A stretch of 63,685 bases of DNA, counting the filler. It is 8 parts of 8 records of this genome, joined end to end, with 100 filler letters (N's around TTAATTAATTAA, not from the genome) between each part and the next. Parts side by side here need not be neighbours in the genome. Positions count along the whole stretch, not along the records: positions 51,164 to 58,036 come from SRR31147125_8337; positions 58,137 to 63,685 come from SRR31147125_8423; 6 more parts are not named here. One strand, given 5' to 3'. Of the stretch, positions 52,082-62,592 are shown piece after piece. A model generated the notes under the pieces. That model did no database searches, was not told the DNA's origin, and worked only from the letters and a program-made list of their open reading frames with translations. The position numbers were made by a program, and so were the translations under genes. Numbering within the stretch: the stretch's first letter is position 1; every line of letters begins with the position of its first letter.

Positions 52082-54999
52082 TTAGCTTTTCATTCTCTCG
52101 CCGGACGGATCGTAGAACGGCATTTTCACAACCTTACCGTAGATACGCTCGTCACCGCACTCATCCTCGTAGATCTCAAGCCGTGTTCCAACTTTGGCCA
52201 TATGAGACTCCACCAATGCCATACCGACTGCTTTGTTGAGAGAGAAACTGTCCCGGGCGGTACAGACGTAGCCCCGCACTCTGTCATCCACAATAAGGGC
52301 ACCGTCTCTTGCCGCTCTGCCGTTGTTCTCCATCTCGAATCCCACCAGTTTGAAACGGGTGGGATCTTTTTCCGCCTGACGCAGAGCCACGGCCCCCACG
52401 GTTTTGGCTTCGGCTTTTGAACGATCCCAGAGGAAGCCAAGCCCCACATCCAGAAGGTTGGTCCGCTGCTCGGATTCCTGACCCAGGATAATGTGGCATT
52501 TTTCCATACGAAGCACGTTCTGGGCTTCCACACCGAAGTTTTTGATGCCAAAGGATTTTCCCGCCTCTTTGAGCATGTTCCAGACGGCCACCATGTAAGA
52601 TGACGGCACATGAAGCTCGTAGGACAGCTCCCCCACAAAACCGAGACGCATGGCTTTGACCGGAATGGTATCCTGGATCATGAATTCTTTGTAGGCGGAG
52701 AAGGGAAACGCCTCGTTGCTGACATCTTCCATGATCACTTTTTCCAGCACCTTTCGGGAATTGGGACCTGAAAGGTTGATGACGCCCATGGAATCGGTGA
52801 GGTTCACCATGCTGAAATCCCAGCCGTCGTATTTGGTGTGATACCGAACCCACTCCACGGTCTGACCGGCACGTCCGGTGGAGGTGGTGAAGTAGTAGTC
52901 GTTCTCGCCCAGTTTAATGACAACACCGTCGTCGATGACACAGCCGTCTTCGTTACACATGGCGGAGTATTTGATGCGGCCCGGTTTGATCTTGGACATG
53001 TCGCTCACATAAACCCGCTGCAGGGCTTTGAGGGCATCGGGACCGTGAATACGAAATTTTCCCAGTGTGGAGCCGTCCAGCATACCGACGTTGTTACGGA
53101 CGTTCTCGATCTCCTCCTTACAAGAGTAATCCTCGGAGAAGTAGCGGGCTCGTTCCCACACACCGATCTTTCTGAAGATACCGCCGTCGTCGTGCTGCAT
53201 CTGATCCATGGGGGTCCGTTTCATCATGAGATGGTTGGTACCGGCATACGTTGCGATGAACGTGGGAACCAGCGGCGGACGAACCGTCGTGGGTTTGGTG
53301 GGATTTCCGGAAATCGCCTGATATTTTGCCACATAAAGGGGCAGGTTGTGTCCGGGGATCCCCCCTGTCCGGGGCCGGTACCTGCGGAGGTGAACCGTTT
53401 GATCAGCTCGGGAACGTCAAAGCCCTTTTCAATGGCCTGTTTGATGTTTTTGACGGTGGTGTCTTCATCAAAGCAGATAAATGTTTTACGCCCTTTGACC
53501 GGAGCGGTGACGAGCTTGGTCCCTCTGGCAGGACCCGGGAATTCGGCAAGGGCCGCTTCCGCCGCTTCAACATCGGCTGCTTCGCATCCGCCGCATGCCA
53601 TGGCCGCGTTGAGACCGGCAACGGTTCCGGAGGCTTCAATGGCAAGCCCATCTTCAAACCCCAGCATTCGACCGGCCGGATAGGTTTTCTCAGGCAACGT
53701 TTCGGGCAGAAAGAAGTTGGTATGGCTGTCGTAGCGGAGTTTTCCATGGGCCAATGTCAAGGGACCGGTCAACGGAGTGAATCCGGCAGATGCCACAATG
53801 ACGTCACAGTTGAACTCACGGGTAATGGTGGCGTCGGTGGTGGCAACGGTGGCTTTTTTCACTTTTTTGCCGCCATGGGCTTTGGTCACCACCCATCCCT
53901 TCATGACCGGGATGCTTCGTTTGGCCAGTTCCAGCATCAGCTCGGGATCCTGACCGTCCTCACGGATATCGGCAACGCATTTGATTTTCATACCTTGATC
54001 GTAAAGATCGATGGCTGCTTCCAGTCCTTGATCGTGACCGATGCTGAACACCGCCTCTTCACCGGCGATGATACCAAAGGTGCGGGCCAAACGATGGGCA
54101 CATCCCACCTGCATGACGCCGGGACGCTCATTATTGTCGAACAGCAGGGGACGTTCGATACATCCGGTGGTGACAACCACGGCATTGGCGCGAATTTCGA
54201 CATATCGTTCCGTGAAGCTGTCACCTTCACCGCCCACCTGGAAACCGGTGACCAGATTGTTGCTGTAAGCCCCCACCATGGCGGTGTGTTTCATGACGCG
54301 GATGCCGGGATGGGTTTCCACTTTACCGGCAAGTTCCCGGGCTCTCTTATAATACGGTTTCCCTTTGGTGTAGTCGGCGGATCTGTAATCAAAGGTACCG
54401 CCCAGCCAAGGTCTGGCCTCCATCAGGATGACGCGAACCCCTTTGTCGGCTGCAGCCAGGGCCGCATGCATTCCGGCGGGTCCGCCACCGATAACCACCA
54501 CATCGGTTCTGGGAAAAATTTCGTCGAATTTGCCGGGCATCACATGATCCGGTGCGATGACACCAAGGCCTGCGGCCTTTCGAATCTGCTTCATGGCCAC
54601 AGGCCAGATAGCTGCGGGTTTATGCATGGTGTCGTAGTAGAAACCGGCAGGCATCATCCAGTCCATTTTATCGATAAAGCCCATCATGTCATGCTCTGCC
54701 GATCCTTTGACATTCTGCTCTTTTACTTCCATGCCGCCTTTGGCACGGGTATTTTCGCATCTGACGTTGGGGATACCGTCCACTTCCATGCAGGTATTGC
54801 TGCATTCGCCGTCCAGACTGTAAAGTCCTCTGGGACGATGATACTTGAGGCTCCGGCCGAAAATCCGAACGCCGCCTGCATAAAGCGCCGTAGCAACCGT
54901 ATCGCCTTCAACACCTGAATAGGACTTCCCTTTATAATTGAAAACCACTTTTTTGGTGGGGTCGATTCTCAGCGTCGGCAGATTTTTAATTCGGCTCAT
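52082..54999 (-). CDS. soxA: Sarcosine oxidase alpha-subunit-like, split by a 1-nt frameshift in a G6 run (53360-53365)
   Basis: GDTVATAL...RSLKYHRPRG, IGGGPAG, NNERPGVM, IKRFT..GTGPGQG; then TVRPP, DGSTLGK, LRMEK; adding one G restores GQGGIPGHNLPLYVAKY. Confidence 0.88.
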
Positions 55000-55250
55000 T
55001 ATTTGTCCCCCTCCACTTCAAGGTTCATTACTCGATCTCGGTAGATGGTGAACCAGGAACCGCAACCGTCCTTGTGAAACCACCACTCTTTTTCCACCCC
55101 GGCTTTACAGTCGCTGTTATGCGCGTAATCTACCCAGCTCTCGGGGGTCATGCCCGCCTCTTCGGGTCTCGGACCCTTGTCTTCCCCACCATACCTGAAC
55201 TCATATCCGTTGCGAGAGCCGCATACCGGACATGTAATTGTCAAAGCCAT
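54999..55250 (-). CDS. soxD: Sarcosine oxidase delta subunit
   Basis: CPVCG.R...EF.YGG, EWWFH..GC..WF...RD. Confidence 0.92.
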   Translation of the reverse strand: MALTITCPVCGSRNGYEFRYGGEDKGPRPEEAGMTPESWVDYAHNSDCKAGVEKEWWFHKDGCGSWFTIYRDRVMNLEVEGDK

Positions 55251-55372
55251 TGTCGTTCTCCCTGACTTATTGAATATGTTGTATCGTTTCCGAAAAGAGA
55301 GGAAGTGATCATCTCCGTCATCCCATTTTCCGGTACGAAATATTTGTCTATATGGATTTTACTATTATGGAC

Positions 55373-56596
55373 TTAGTTATCCGCAGTATAGGTCACCAAT
55401 GCCGCGGTTTCACCCATGAGCTGATGTTTTTCGTATCGTCTCAGGTTAAAGGGCTTGAGAATATCCGGCGCTTCGCCTTTTGCCAGAAAGGTCGCCATGT
55501 GCTTCCCGGTGGCGGAACAGGACTTGAAGCCGAAGTATCCCCAACCACAGTTGAAGAAAAAGCCTTCGATGTGATCGTTGCCATCCATGATGGGGGCCAT
55601 ATCAGGCGTCATATCCGCCAAACCCGCCCAGATACGCATGAATTTCACACCGCGCAGACAGGGAAGGAACTCGGAGAGGGCTTCTGCCTGATGTTTGATG
55701 TAGTGGGCCGTACTCTGGGTGGTGTAGTTGGGCCATTGATCCATATGGGCACCGGTGGCCACCTCCCCCTTGAGGGTCTGGTTGGCGTAACAGTGATAGG
55801 CACCCGAGGAAACCACATGGTTCAGAAGCGGTTTCAGAGGCTGGGTCACCATGGCCTGAATGGTCAAAGGGCTGATGGGCAGACGAATACCGGTCATGGC
55901 ATTGATGATGCCGGCTGAGTATCCACCGGCGGAAACCAGCACCTGATTACAGTTGATGGTCCCTTTGTCGGTCTCTACGGAGACCACTTTGCCGTCACGG
56001 ATGTTGAGGCCGGTGGCTTCGGTTTGCTGATGAATCTCCACGCCGTACTTGGAAGCGCCTCTGGCAAGCCCCCAAACAACGGCATCATGACGCACAATAC
56101 CTCCGGGCGGATGGAACATGGCACCGTGGATGGGGAAGGTGATGTCTTCGGAGATGTTCAGGGCCGGAACCAACTCTTTGGCCTCTTTGGCATCGATGAG
56201 ATGACTCTCAACGCCGTGGAACTGCGCAGTGGAGATGGTCATACGAGCGGCCTTCATGGCGGCTTCGCTGTGCATCAGGTTGAGGTTCCCGCAATTATTG
56301 AACATCAGGTTGTAGTCCAGATCCTTGGTCAGAACCGGCCACAGATCCAGAGCCTCTTTGTACAGGGGAACATTGTACTGGGTTCTTTGGTTGGCGCGAA
56401 CGATGGCGGTGTTTCGACCGGCGCCGCCGAATCCGATGTAGTTCTTCTCAATGATGGCGACATCGGTGATGCCGTGATCCTTGGCAAGGAAGTATGCCGT
56501 TGCCAGGTTGTGAAGTCCGCCGCCGATGAGGACGACTTCGTAACTTGATTTGAGTTGGGTTCTTTCACCCCACATAGGTTTGTATTTACCAAACAT
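55373..56596 (-). CDS. soxB: Sarcosine oxidase beta subunit
   Basis: IGGGLH.LATAYFLAK.HGI, GRNTAIVR, RHDAVVWG, NCGWGYFGFK. Confidence 0.92.
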   Translation of the reverse strand: MFGKYKPMWGERTQLKSSYEVVLIGGGLHNLATAYFLAKDHGITDVAIIEKNYIGFGGAGRNTAIVRANQRTQYNVPLYKEALDLWPVLTKDLDYNLMFNNCGNLNLMHSEAAMKAARMTISTAQFHGVESHLIDAKEAKELVPALNISEDITFPIHGAMFHPPGGIVRHDAVVWGLARGASKYGVEIHQQTEATGLNIRDGKVVSVETDKGTINCNQVLVSAGGYSAGIINAMTGIRLPISPLTIQAMVTQPLKPLLNHVVSSGAYHCYANQTLKGEVATGAHMDQWPNYTTQSTAHYIKHQAEALSEFLPCLRGVKFMRIWAGLADMTPDMAPIMDGNDHIEGFFFNCGWGYFGFKSCSATGKHMATFLAKGEAPDILKPFNLRRYEKHQLMGETAALVTYTADN

Positions 56597-56715
56597 AAGC
56601 CTTCTCTCAATTAAGTGAACGTCTTGTAAATAAAATAGATGTTGACTTGAATATGCCTACAAACTTTGACCGATTATCTAAAATCTATTGAATCCTTAAC
56701 TTGTAACTGAACAGA

Positions 56716-56744
56716 GTTATACCGGATGAAAAAAATCATGTCAA
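56716..56744 (-). promoter_or_regulatory. sigma70 promoter for the sox operon
   Basis: Minus strand TTGACA (56744-56739), 17 nt, TATAAC (56721-56716). Confidence 0.7.
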
Positions 56745-56760
56745 ATATATTTTAAAAAAA

Positions 56761-56777
56761 TGAAATAAATAATTTCA
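56761..56777. promoter_or_regulatory. Palindromic operator candidate for the RpiR-family regulator
   Basis: TGAAAT-AAATA-ATTTCA just upstream of the -35 in the divergent intergenic region. Confidence 0.45.
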
Positions 56778-57038
56778 AAACCAATTTCCATCCTAAATCC
56801 AAACAGTTAAAAACAACAAACAATACATTTTCTTCATAAAAAATTGAAAATCTCTTTCTAATTATCCTCTATATATGATATAATCGTCTTTTTTTGGAAG
56901 TTTTGATGAAACATATACTCATGAAAACCTCAATGATAATAACCAATATCATATCAAGTAATTAATTAAGTTTTTTTGAGTATTGAATATATCATTTTGA
57001 TAAATTACCCATGGATCAATCAGACAACAGGTACAAAA

Positions 57039-57956
57039 ATGAACAATATCACTCCACCTCCGGAAACGTCCACCAACGGCACCCACCATCCCTCCACTCC
57101 CAACTCCGTCATGACCAATATTATTGGTCGTATGGACAGTCTCACACCCAAAGGAAAAATTCTGGGTAACTACATCATGCAGCATCCGACCAAAGCGGTC
57201 TTCATGACCATCAAAGAGTTGGCAGAAACTTGCAAAACCAGTGAGGCCACGGTGATTCGATTCATCGACAGCTGCGGCTATGGCGGCTACAGCGAATTTC
57301 AACAGGCCCTCAAGGGATTTTTGGATACTGGATTGACATTACTGGATCGTGCGGATCTTCAGGGGATTCAGAAGCCTGGAATGGATCGATTGAACCATGT
57401 GGTGCTGGAAGAAATGAGTAATTTGCAACATCTGTATGAGTCCATCGACATTCAAAAGCTCAACCAAGTGGTGAGCTATCTGGTGGAAAGCCCCAATGTC
57501 TATGTGACCGGCTCCAGGCTCTCCTATACCTTTGCCTATTTTTTTGGATGGTCATTGACCCGGATAAGAAAGGGAATTCAGATTTTAAAGGGGAGTGACA
57601 CCACTGCCATTGATCAGGTGGCCAATGCCCCGGAAAACAGCTTGATGGTGATGTTCGCCACCACCCGCTATCCCAACGAGCTGATCAAATTGGCCAAATT
57701 CATCCGACGGGAGGGGCATCGCCTCATTGTGATCACCGACAACGAAACCTCTCCCATGATCCAGTTTGCCGAATTCCATCTGGTGGTGCCCATGAACTCC
57801 ATTCCCTTTATCGGGAATATGTCCAATATGCTTTGCGTGGTTAAGTATCTTGTTCAGGAACTGGCGAGTCAGTTAGGGGAAGAGCTGAAGGATCATCAAC
57901 ATAAGATCGAGCAGGTCTATTTGGAGAATGATATTTTGTTCAATATTCAGGCGTGA
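57039..57956 (+). CDS. MurR/RpiR family transcriptional regulator
   Basis: TIKELAETCKTSEATVIRF..GY.GYSEFQ HTH plus SIS domain (ITDN..SP). Confidence 0.93.
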   Translation: MNNITPPPETSTNGTHHPSTPNSVMTNIIGRMDSLTPKGKILGNYIMQHPTKAVFMTIKELAETCKTSEATVIRFIDSCGYGGYSEFQQALKGFLDTGLTLLDRADLQGIQKPGMDRLNHVVLEEMSNLQHLYESIDIQKLNQVVSYLVESPNVYVTGSRLSYTFAYFFGWSLTRIRKGIQILKGSDTTAIDQVANAPENSLMVMFATTRYPNELIKLAKFIRREGHRLIVITDNETSPMIQFAEFHLVVPMNSIPFIGNMSNMLCVVKYLVQELASQLGEELKDHQHKIEQVYLENDILFNIQA

Positions 57957-58036
57957 TTGAAATCATTTCAGTAATGAGATGATTCACTCCATCACCGTAT
58001 TCTACTAGTGTTGTTTCAAGTTTAAGGTGTCGGGTT

Positions 58037-58136
58037 NNNNNNNNNNNNNNNNNNNNNNNNNNNNNNNNNNNNNNNNNNNNTTAATTAATTAANNNNNNNN
58101 NNNNNNNNNNNNNNNNNNNNNNNNNNNNNNNNNNNN
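58037..58136. other. Artificial contig linker
   Basis: N-run with TTAATTAATTAA. Confidence 0.99.
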
Positions 58137-59378
58137 CCTGGTTTCATACGATGGAAGAGAAACCGGAGGCAGATTAAATGTGCATAATCCCACCTCCACT
58201 GCATGCTCTGAATCCAATTGCTCAAAACCCTCCCTGGCATCATGCGAAACAGCTAAATCTATCCTGTCATTATTGAGAACAAGTGAAATCGGGAGTTCGA
58301 TATGCGCATTTCCGGAGATAACCTTCGGTTTGGACCAATGATCATCTTCCAAGGTCATAAAAGCCAAGTCGGGGTAACGGCTGCCTGCAAAATGCCTGAA
58401 AATCAGATGAGCACGACCACTTGAGTCCTCAATTATCCTGCTGCGTCCTCCTCCGCGGGAACCATATACGATCCAGGCCGTCAACCAGCCTCCATCATTA
58501 CCTATATTTTCAGGAGATGGTGCCCGAATTCCTATCAGCCGCTCTCCATCAAATACTCCGGCACGAAGCTCACTCCATGACCCGAAAAATTGGTGCTGAG
58601 CACGTCTTCGGTGGTGTTTAACATGCTTTTCCTCAAAGAGCCCCTCGGGAAACAACGTATAGCTGATCCATACACCGCCGGCTTTGCGGGAATGCAGTGA
58701 CGGATGCACGCATGCCCGTGATTCGGTACTTACCTGAATCGGTTCCTTGATTAACTCACCAAGCAGGTTTCGTACTTCAAGACAAATGACATAGTTTCCA
58801 TTGGAAAATGCGGTATAGGCAATATAGAGCCTGTCACCACTCATGCAGCATACCGGATCATAAGCATTCACCGTTCCGTCGGTTACGGTAATCGGAATAT
58901 GTAATGTATTATCGATCAGGGAAAGCTGAATCCGGGTCGTTAGTCCGCTGCGTTCTTCCCAGATAAGGTATCCCGTTTCCCGGTCACCTGCAGGAGATTC
59001 ATCCACTGAGACTTCATTTACTAAAGAACATCCGTTAATCGACAAAGGACGGCCCCAATGCCGGTAAGGCATATCCCGCTCATTTTGCCTCTGCACGTTA
59101 CCGATACCGATATCTTTCTCAACGACAGAACGGATCCCCCATTCCTGACCGGCACCTTCAACCCAGAACAAACGTCCTGCACAAAAAAACGGGTCGAAGC
59201 AGTATTTACCTGTAGAGATCATAACTGATTCAACCCAGTCGGTTTTCCGATATTCAAGCTGTTCATATTCGCCGCTCGTACTTAGATATGCAGCGGCTCC
59301 GGAGCGGCTGATCACCGGATTATAGTACTGATGATCTTCACGATAGGCTTTCTGATAAACTGTTCTCATTATATCCAA
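58137..59378 (-). CDS. Hypothetical beta-propeller-like protein (3' truncated)
   Basis: Repeated 'PI.V...A..P......G....I.Y/W' blade-like units; open to the contig edge. Confidence 0.6.
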
Positions 59379-59527
59379 ACTGATGTCTCCATATGCGGTT
59401 TTCTGAAAAGGAAACCGGCATCTAACTTGTGACTGTTTCTGTTAATACTCATTGAAATTTATAGTCCACTTTTATTAAGATATTGTTTTTTATAATACTG
59501 TACTATAGTGGACTATATTTAAACATT

Positions 59528-62500
59528 TTATTTGAATAAAAGCGTCTTTATCTCGAACGGACGGAATCCCAACTGCATGCTTCCACCGGAAATCTCAACG
59601 GATTCAGAACCATCGGACTCTTCCATCAAGTTGACCGTAAAAGCCTGCTCCATCGGCAGCTGCGTGCTCAGATTACAGGTACAGGAACCGCCCAGAGTTT
59701 CATAGCAGCGCACGATAATGCCGTCACCATTTTCAGCCGGCTTTACAACCTCTATGCAGACCTGATCGGTATCGATCGTAACCCAGGACGCTGCGGCAGC
59801 CCCGCCGCCGGTCCTGCCGGGCAGCATAATCAAAGGGCTGTTGAAATTATGCGAAGCGGTAAACACATCACTGTCTTTCAGCATGCCGGTATGGGGCATA
59901 TAGGCAAAGGAGAATTCCTGATGTCCCCTGTCCGCCGTATCATCCGGATATACCGGACTTCTCAGGAGGTCCAGCTCCATGACTCCGCCGAGAATGCTGT
60001 ATCCGTACTTGCTGTCGTTTATCAGGGCCAAACCTCTGTCCGGCTGCGATAAATCGGCAAACCTGTGCCCGCAGACCTCAAATTTTGCCGCATCCCAGCT
60101 GGTATTTTCATGGGTCGCCCGTTCCAGCGTTCCATACTGAATTTCATACGTAGCGGTCGGCCAGGATATATCGGTCTCGGCTGAAACGCGCAGCATTTTT
60201 TTCGTCTCTTTCCAGTCGACAATACAGCTGACACGCAGCATGCATTCCCCGGCACGCAGTTCGATCAACTGCCCTATTTTACTGACGCCGATCGAAAAAA
60301 CCTGCTCCACCTGAACCCGCAGTCCACTGTCGCAGACTACTTTGCGGCTTACCAGTTCTGCCGTTTCCGGCACCGTCTCGCGATAGTAATCACTTACATC
60401 CCAGGCATCAAAAACATACGGTTTATCCTCATACAGCTTGAACATACCAGCCCCGCCGCCGTCGGGCCTCAGCATCTGCTGTCCGCTCTCTTTCATAAAA
60501 AGCGACCGAACGGTTCCGTCACTGCCCAGTTCAGCACGCAGCAGCGCATTTTCCAGAACCGAACCGTCTTCAGAAACCGTAACAGCCGGCATATCGGCTT
60601 TCTCAGCAAGCAGTTCCTTTCTGGAAAACACTGTGAATCCCATGGATGGAACCGTCACCGCAGCATCAACTCCGTCCACGGAAACTATTTCCGTTCTCTC
60701 CCAAGGCTGCGTATTGATATAGGTAATCGCATTATCGTCCGCATCGGTAAACAGCTGATCGAGAAATTCCTGTTCAATCTCTTCCAGAACCGTCAAACTC
60801 TGTCGGCTCAGTTCATACGCGTCTACATAGACTTCCCTGATGGATGAACCGGGCAGAACATCATGGAACTGATTCAGCAGGGTATCCTTCCAGACCTTCT
60901 CTATCCGCTCAACCGGGTAATTCCCTCCGGCCGTTTTGGAAACCAACGTACCGAGCAGTTCAACATCGCGCAGCTTCAGTTCAATCTGACGATTATACTT
61001 TTTCATCAGAGCCTGGGTTGTATAGGTGCCGCGATGCATTTCCAGGTAGAGTTCGCCTTTCCAACGGGGAAGATCATCCGTTCCCTGGTCATCAAGATAT
61101 CGGAAAAAATCCTCTGCTTTCGCCAACTTGATTTTCGGCATACCTTCACATTCACGACCGCGCAGAGCCCACTCGATATGGCGTCTTGACGGTCCGCCGC
61201 CTCCGTCCCCAATTCCGTACAGGTTGAGGTAGCCGTCCTGAATATCGCTCTGGGCATAACTCAGATCGGCACTCGTCATCCTTTCGGGATCGTTGGCGCT
61301 GTTATAGTTATTGGTCGGCAGAAAATGGGTCTGCACCTCCGTACCGTCGATTCCGGCCCACATAAAGGTATGATGCGGAAAGGTATTTGTCTCATTCCAG
61401 GAAATTTTCTGGGTCATGAACAGGTCGATGCCCGATTTTTTCAGAATCTGCGGCAGGGCGGCCGAATAACCGAACACATCCGGCAGCCAGAGATTTTTCA
61501 TATCGATGCCGAACTCTTCCCGAAAAAAGGTCTTACCGTAAAGACATTGGCGCACCAGCGCTTCTCCACCGGTCAGGTTCATGTCGGGTTCGACCCACAT
61601 ACCGCCCTGGCACTCCATGCGGCCGGATGCAACGGCGTCCTTCACTTCCTGATACAGCTTCGGATAATCACTCTTCACCCATTCAAACAGCTGCGGCTGT
61701 GATGCGCCGAAAATATAATCGGGATACTCTTCCATCATGCGCATTGCGGTTGAGAATGTCCTTCCGCCCTTACGGCGCGTCTCTCTGAAACGCCACAGCC
61801 AGCCGAGATCGATATGGGCATGCCCGACCGACCAGGCCGTCATTGCACTAGCGGATGCCGGCGTTTCAATAAGTGATTTGGTAATCGCCTGAGCTTCGGG
61901 AATGCGTTCTGTCAGTGGAGTCAGATTGGCGGCCTTATTCAGACCTGCCAGAATCCGCTTTGCGCGCGGCAAATGCGGGTCCATTGTTTTATACAGCTGC
62001 AGCAGAAAATCGAAATCCATCGCAAGCTGCCAGATATCTCTGTTGAAGACGGCCAGTTCAGCCTGATTCAGCTTAAAATAGGGCCAGGGGGTGCTCCATG
62101 GCTGATTTGTACCAAATAACCCATTTGCGGCACCTTCAACCAGAAGCGCTACCGCTTCACCGCCTTCAGCCTTATTACTGACCATAACACGCCGCTTACG
62201 TTCGAATCTTGTTTGGGTTCGTTTATAGGTAATGCCGCAGTAGGGAGATCCGTCCTTGAAAACGCAGCCCTCTCCCCCGATATCGATCAGAGCAGCAATC
62301 TCTTTCCCCTTCCAGTCTTCAGGCACAATCCCTGAAAACTTGAACCAGCTGCTGTCCCACAACTCGCCCCATTGCGTCCCGATTTCAATTGGATCGAATT
62401 TCCTTGAGTCAATATCTTCATAGGGAATCGGAGCGTTGTCTCTTGTGAATATGACATCAAGCGCAACTCTATCTCCGTAACGCTGGGAGTAGAGCTCGGT

Positions 62501-62539
62501 TATCAGGTTTTCTATTCTTCTTTCCCGTATATTTACCAT
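59528..62539 (-). CDS. GH38 alpha-mannosidase
   Basis: GHAHIDLGWLW, GGMWVEPD, WLPDVFGY, GDGGGG, GELYLEMHRGTYT, NQFHDVLPGS. Confidence 0.95.
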   Translation of the reverse strand: MVNIRERRIENLITELYSQRYGDRVALDVIFTRDNAPIPYEDIDSRKFDPIEIGTQWGELWDSSWFKFSGIVPEDWKGKEIAALIDIGGEGCVFKDGSPYCGITYKRTQTRFERKRRVMVSNKAEGGEAVALLVEGAANGLFGTNQPWSTPWPYFKLNQAELAVFNRDIWQLAMDFDFLLQLYKTMDPHLPRAKRILAGLNKAANLTPLTERIPEAQAITKSLIETPASASAMTAWSVGHAHIDLGWLWRFRETRRKGGRTFSTAMRMMEEYPDYIFGASQPQLFEWVKSDYPKLYQEVKDAVASGRMECQGGMWVEPDMNLTGGEALVRQCLYGKTFFREEFGIDMKNLWLPDVFGYSAALPQILKKSGIDLFMTQKISWNETNTFPHHTFMWAGIDGTEVQTHFLPTNNYNSANDPERMTSADLSYAQSDIQDGYLNLYGIGDGGGGPSRRHIEWALRGRECEGMPKIKLAKAEDFFRYLDDQGTDDLPRWKGELYLEMHRGTYTTQALMKKYNRQIELKLRDVELLGTLVSKTAGGNYPVERIEKVWKDTLLNQFHDVLPGSSIREVYVDAYELSRQSLTVLEEIEQEFLDQLFTDADDNAITYINTQPWERTEIVSVDGVDAAVTVPSMGFTVFSRKELLAEKADMPAVTVSEDGSVLENALLRAELGSDGTVRSLFMKESGQQMLRPDGGGAGMFKLYEDKPYVFDAWDVSDYYRETVPETAELVSRKVVCDSGLRVQVEQVFSIGVSKIGQLIELRAGECMLRVSCIVDWKETKKMLRVSAETDISWPTATYEIQYGTLERATHENTSWDAAKFEVCGHRFADLSQPDRGLALINDSKYGYSILGGVMELDLLRSPVYPDDTADRGHQEFSFAYMPHTGMLKDSDVFTASHNFNSPLIMLPGRTGGGAAAASWVTIDTDQVCIEVVKPAENGDGIIVRCYETLGGSCTCNLSTQLPMEQAFTVNLMEESDGSESVEISGGSMQLGFRPFEIKTLLFK

Positions 62540-62592
62540 GGGTCACTATCCGTACTATTGTGTGTAGGGTATTCCGCTATATCGCACCGCGA

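Noticed and set aside
53326-54918. 530-aa + strand ORF and other long antisense ORFs in the sox operon (52838-53683, 55352-55918, 56024-56548)
   Set aside because: Antisense shadows of well-supported GC-rich sox genes, with no recognisable motifs.
10619-58136. Regularly repeated TTAATTAATTAA flanked by N-runs (7 copies)
   Set aside because: Artificial contig linkers with stops in all six frames; no gene context should be inferred across them.
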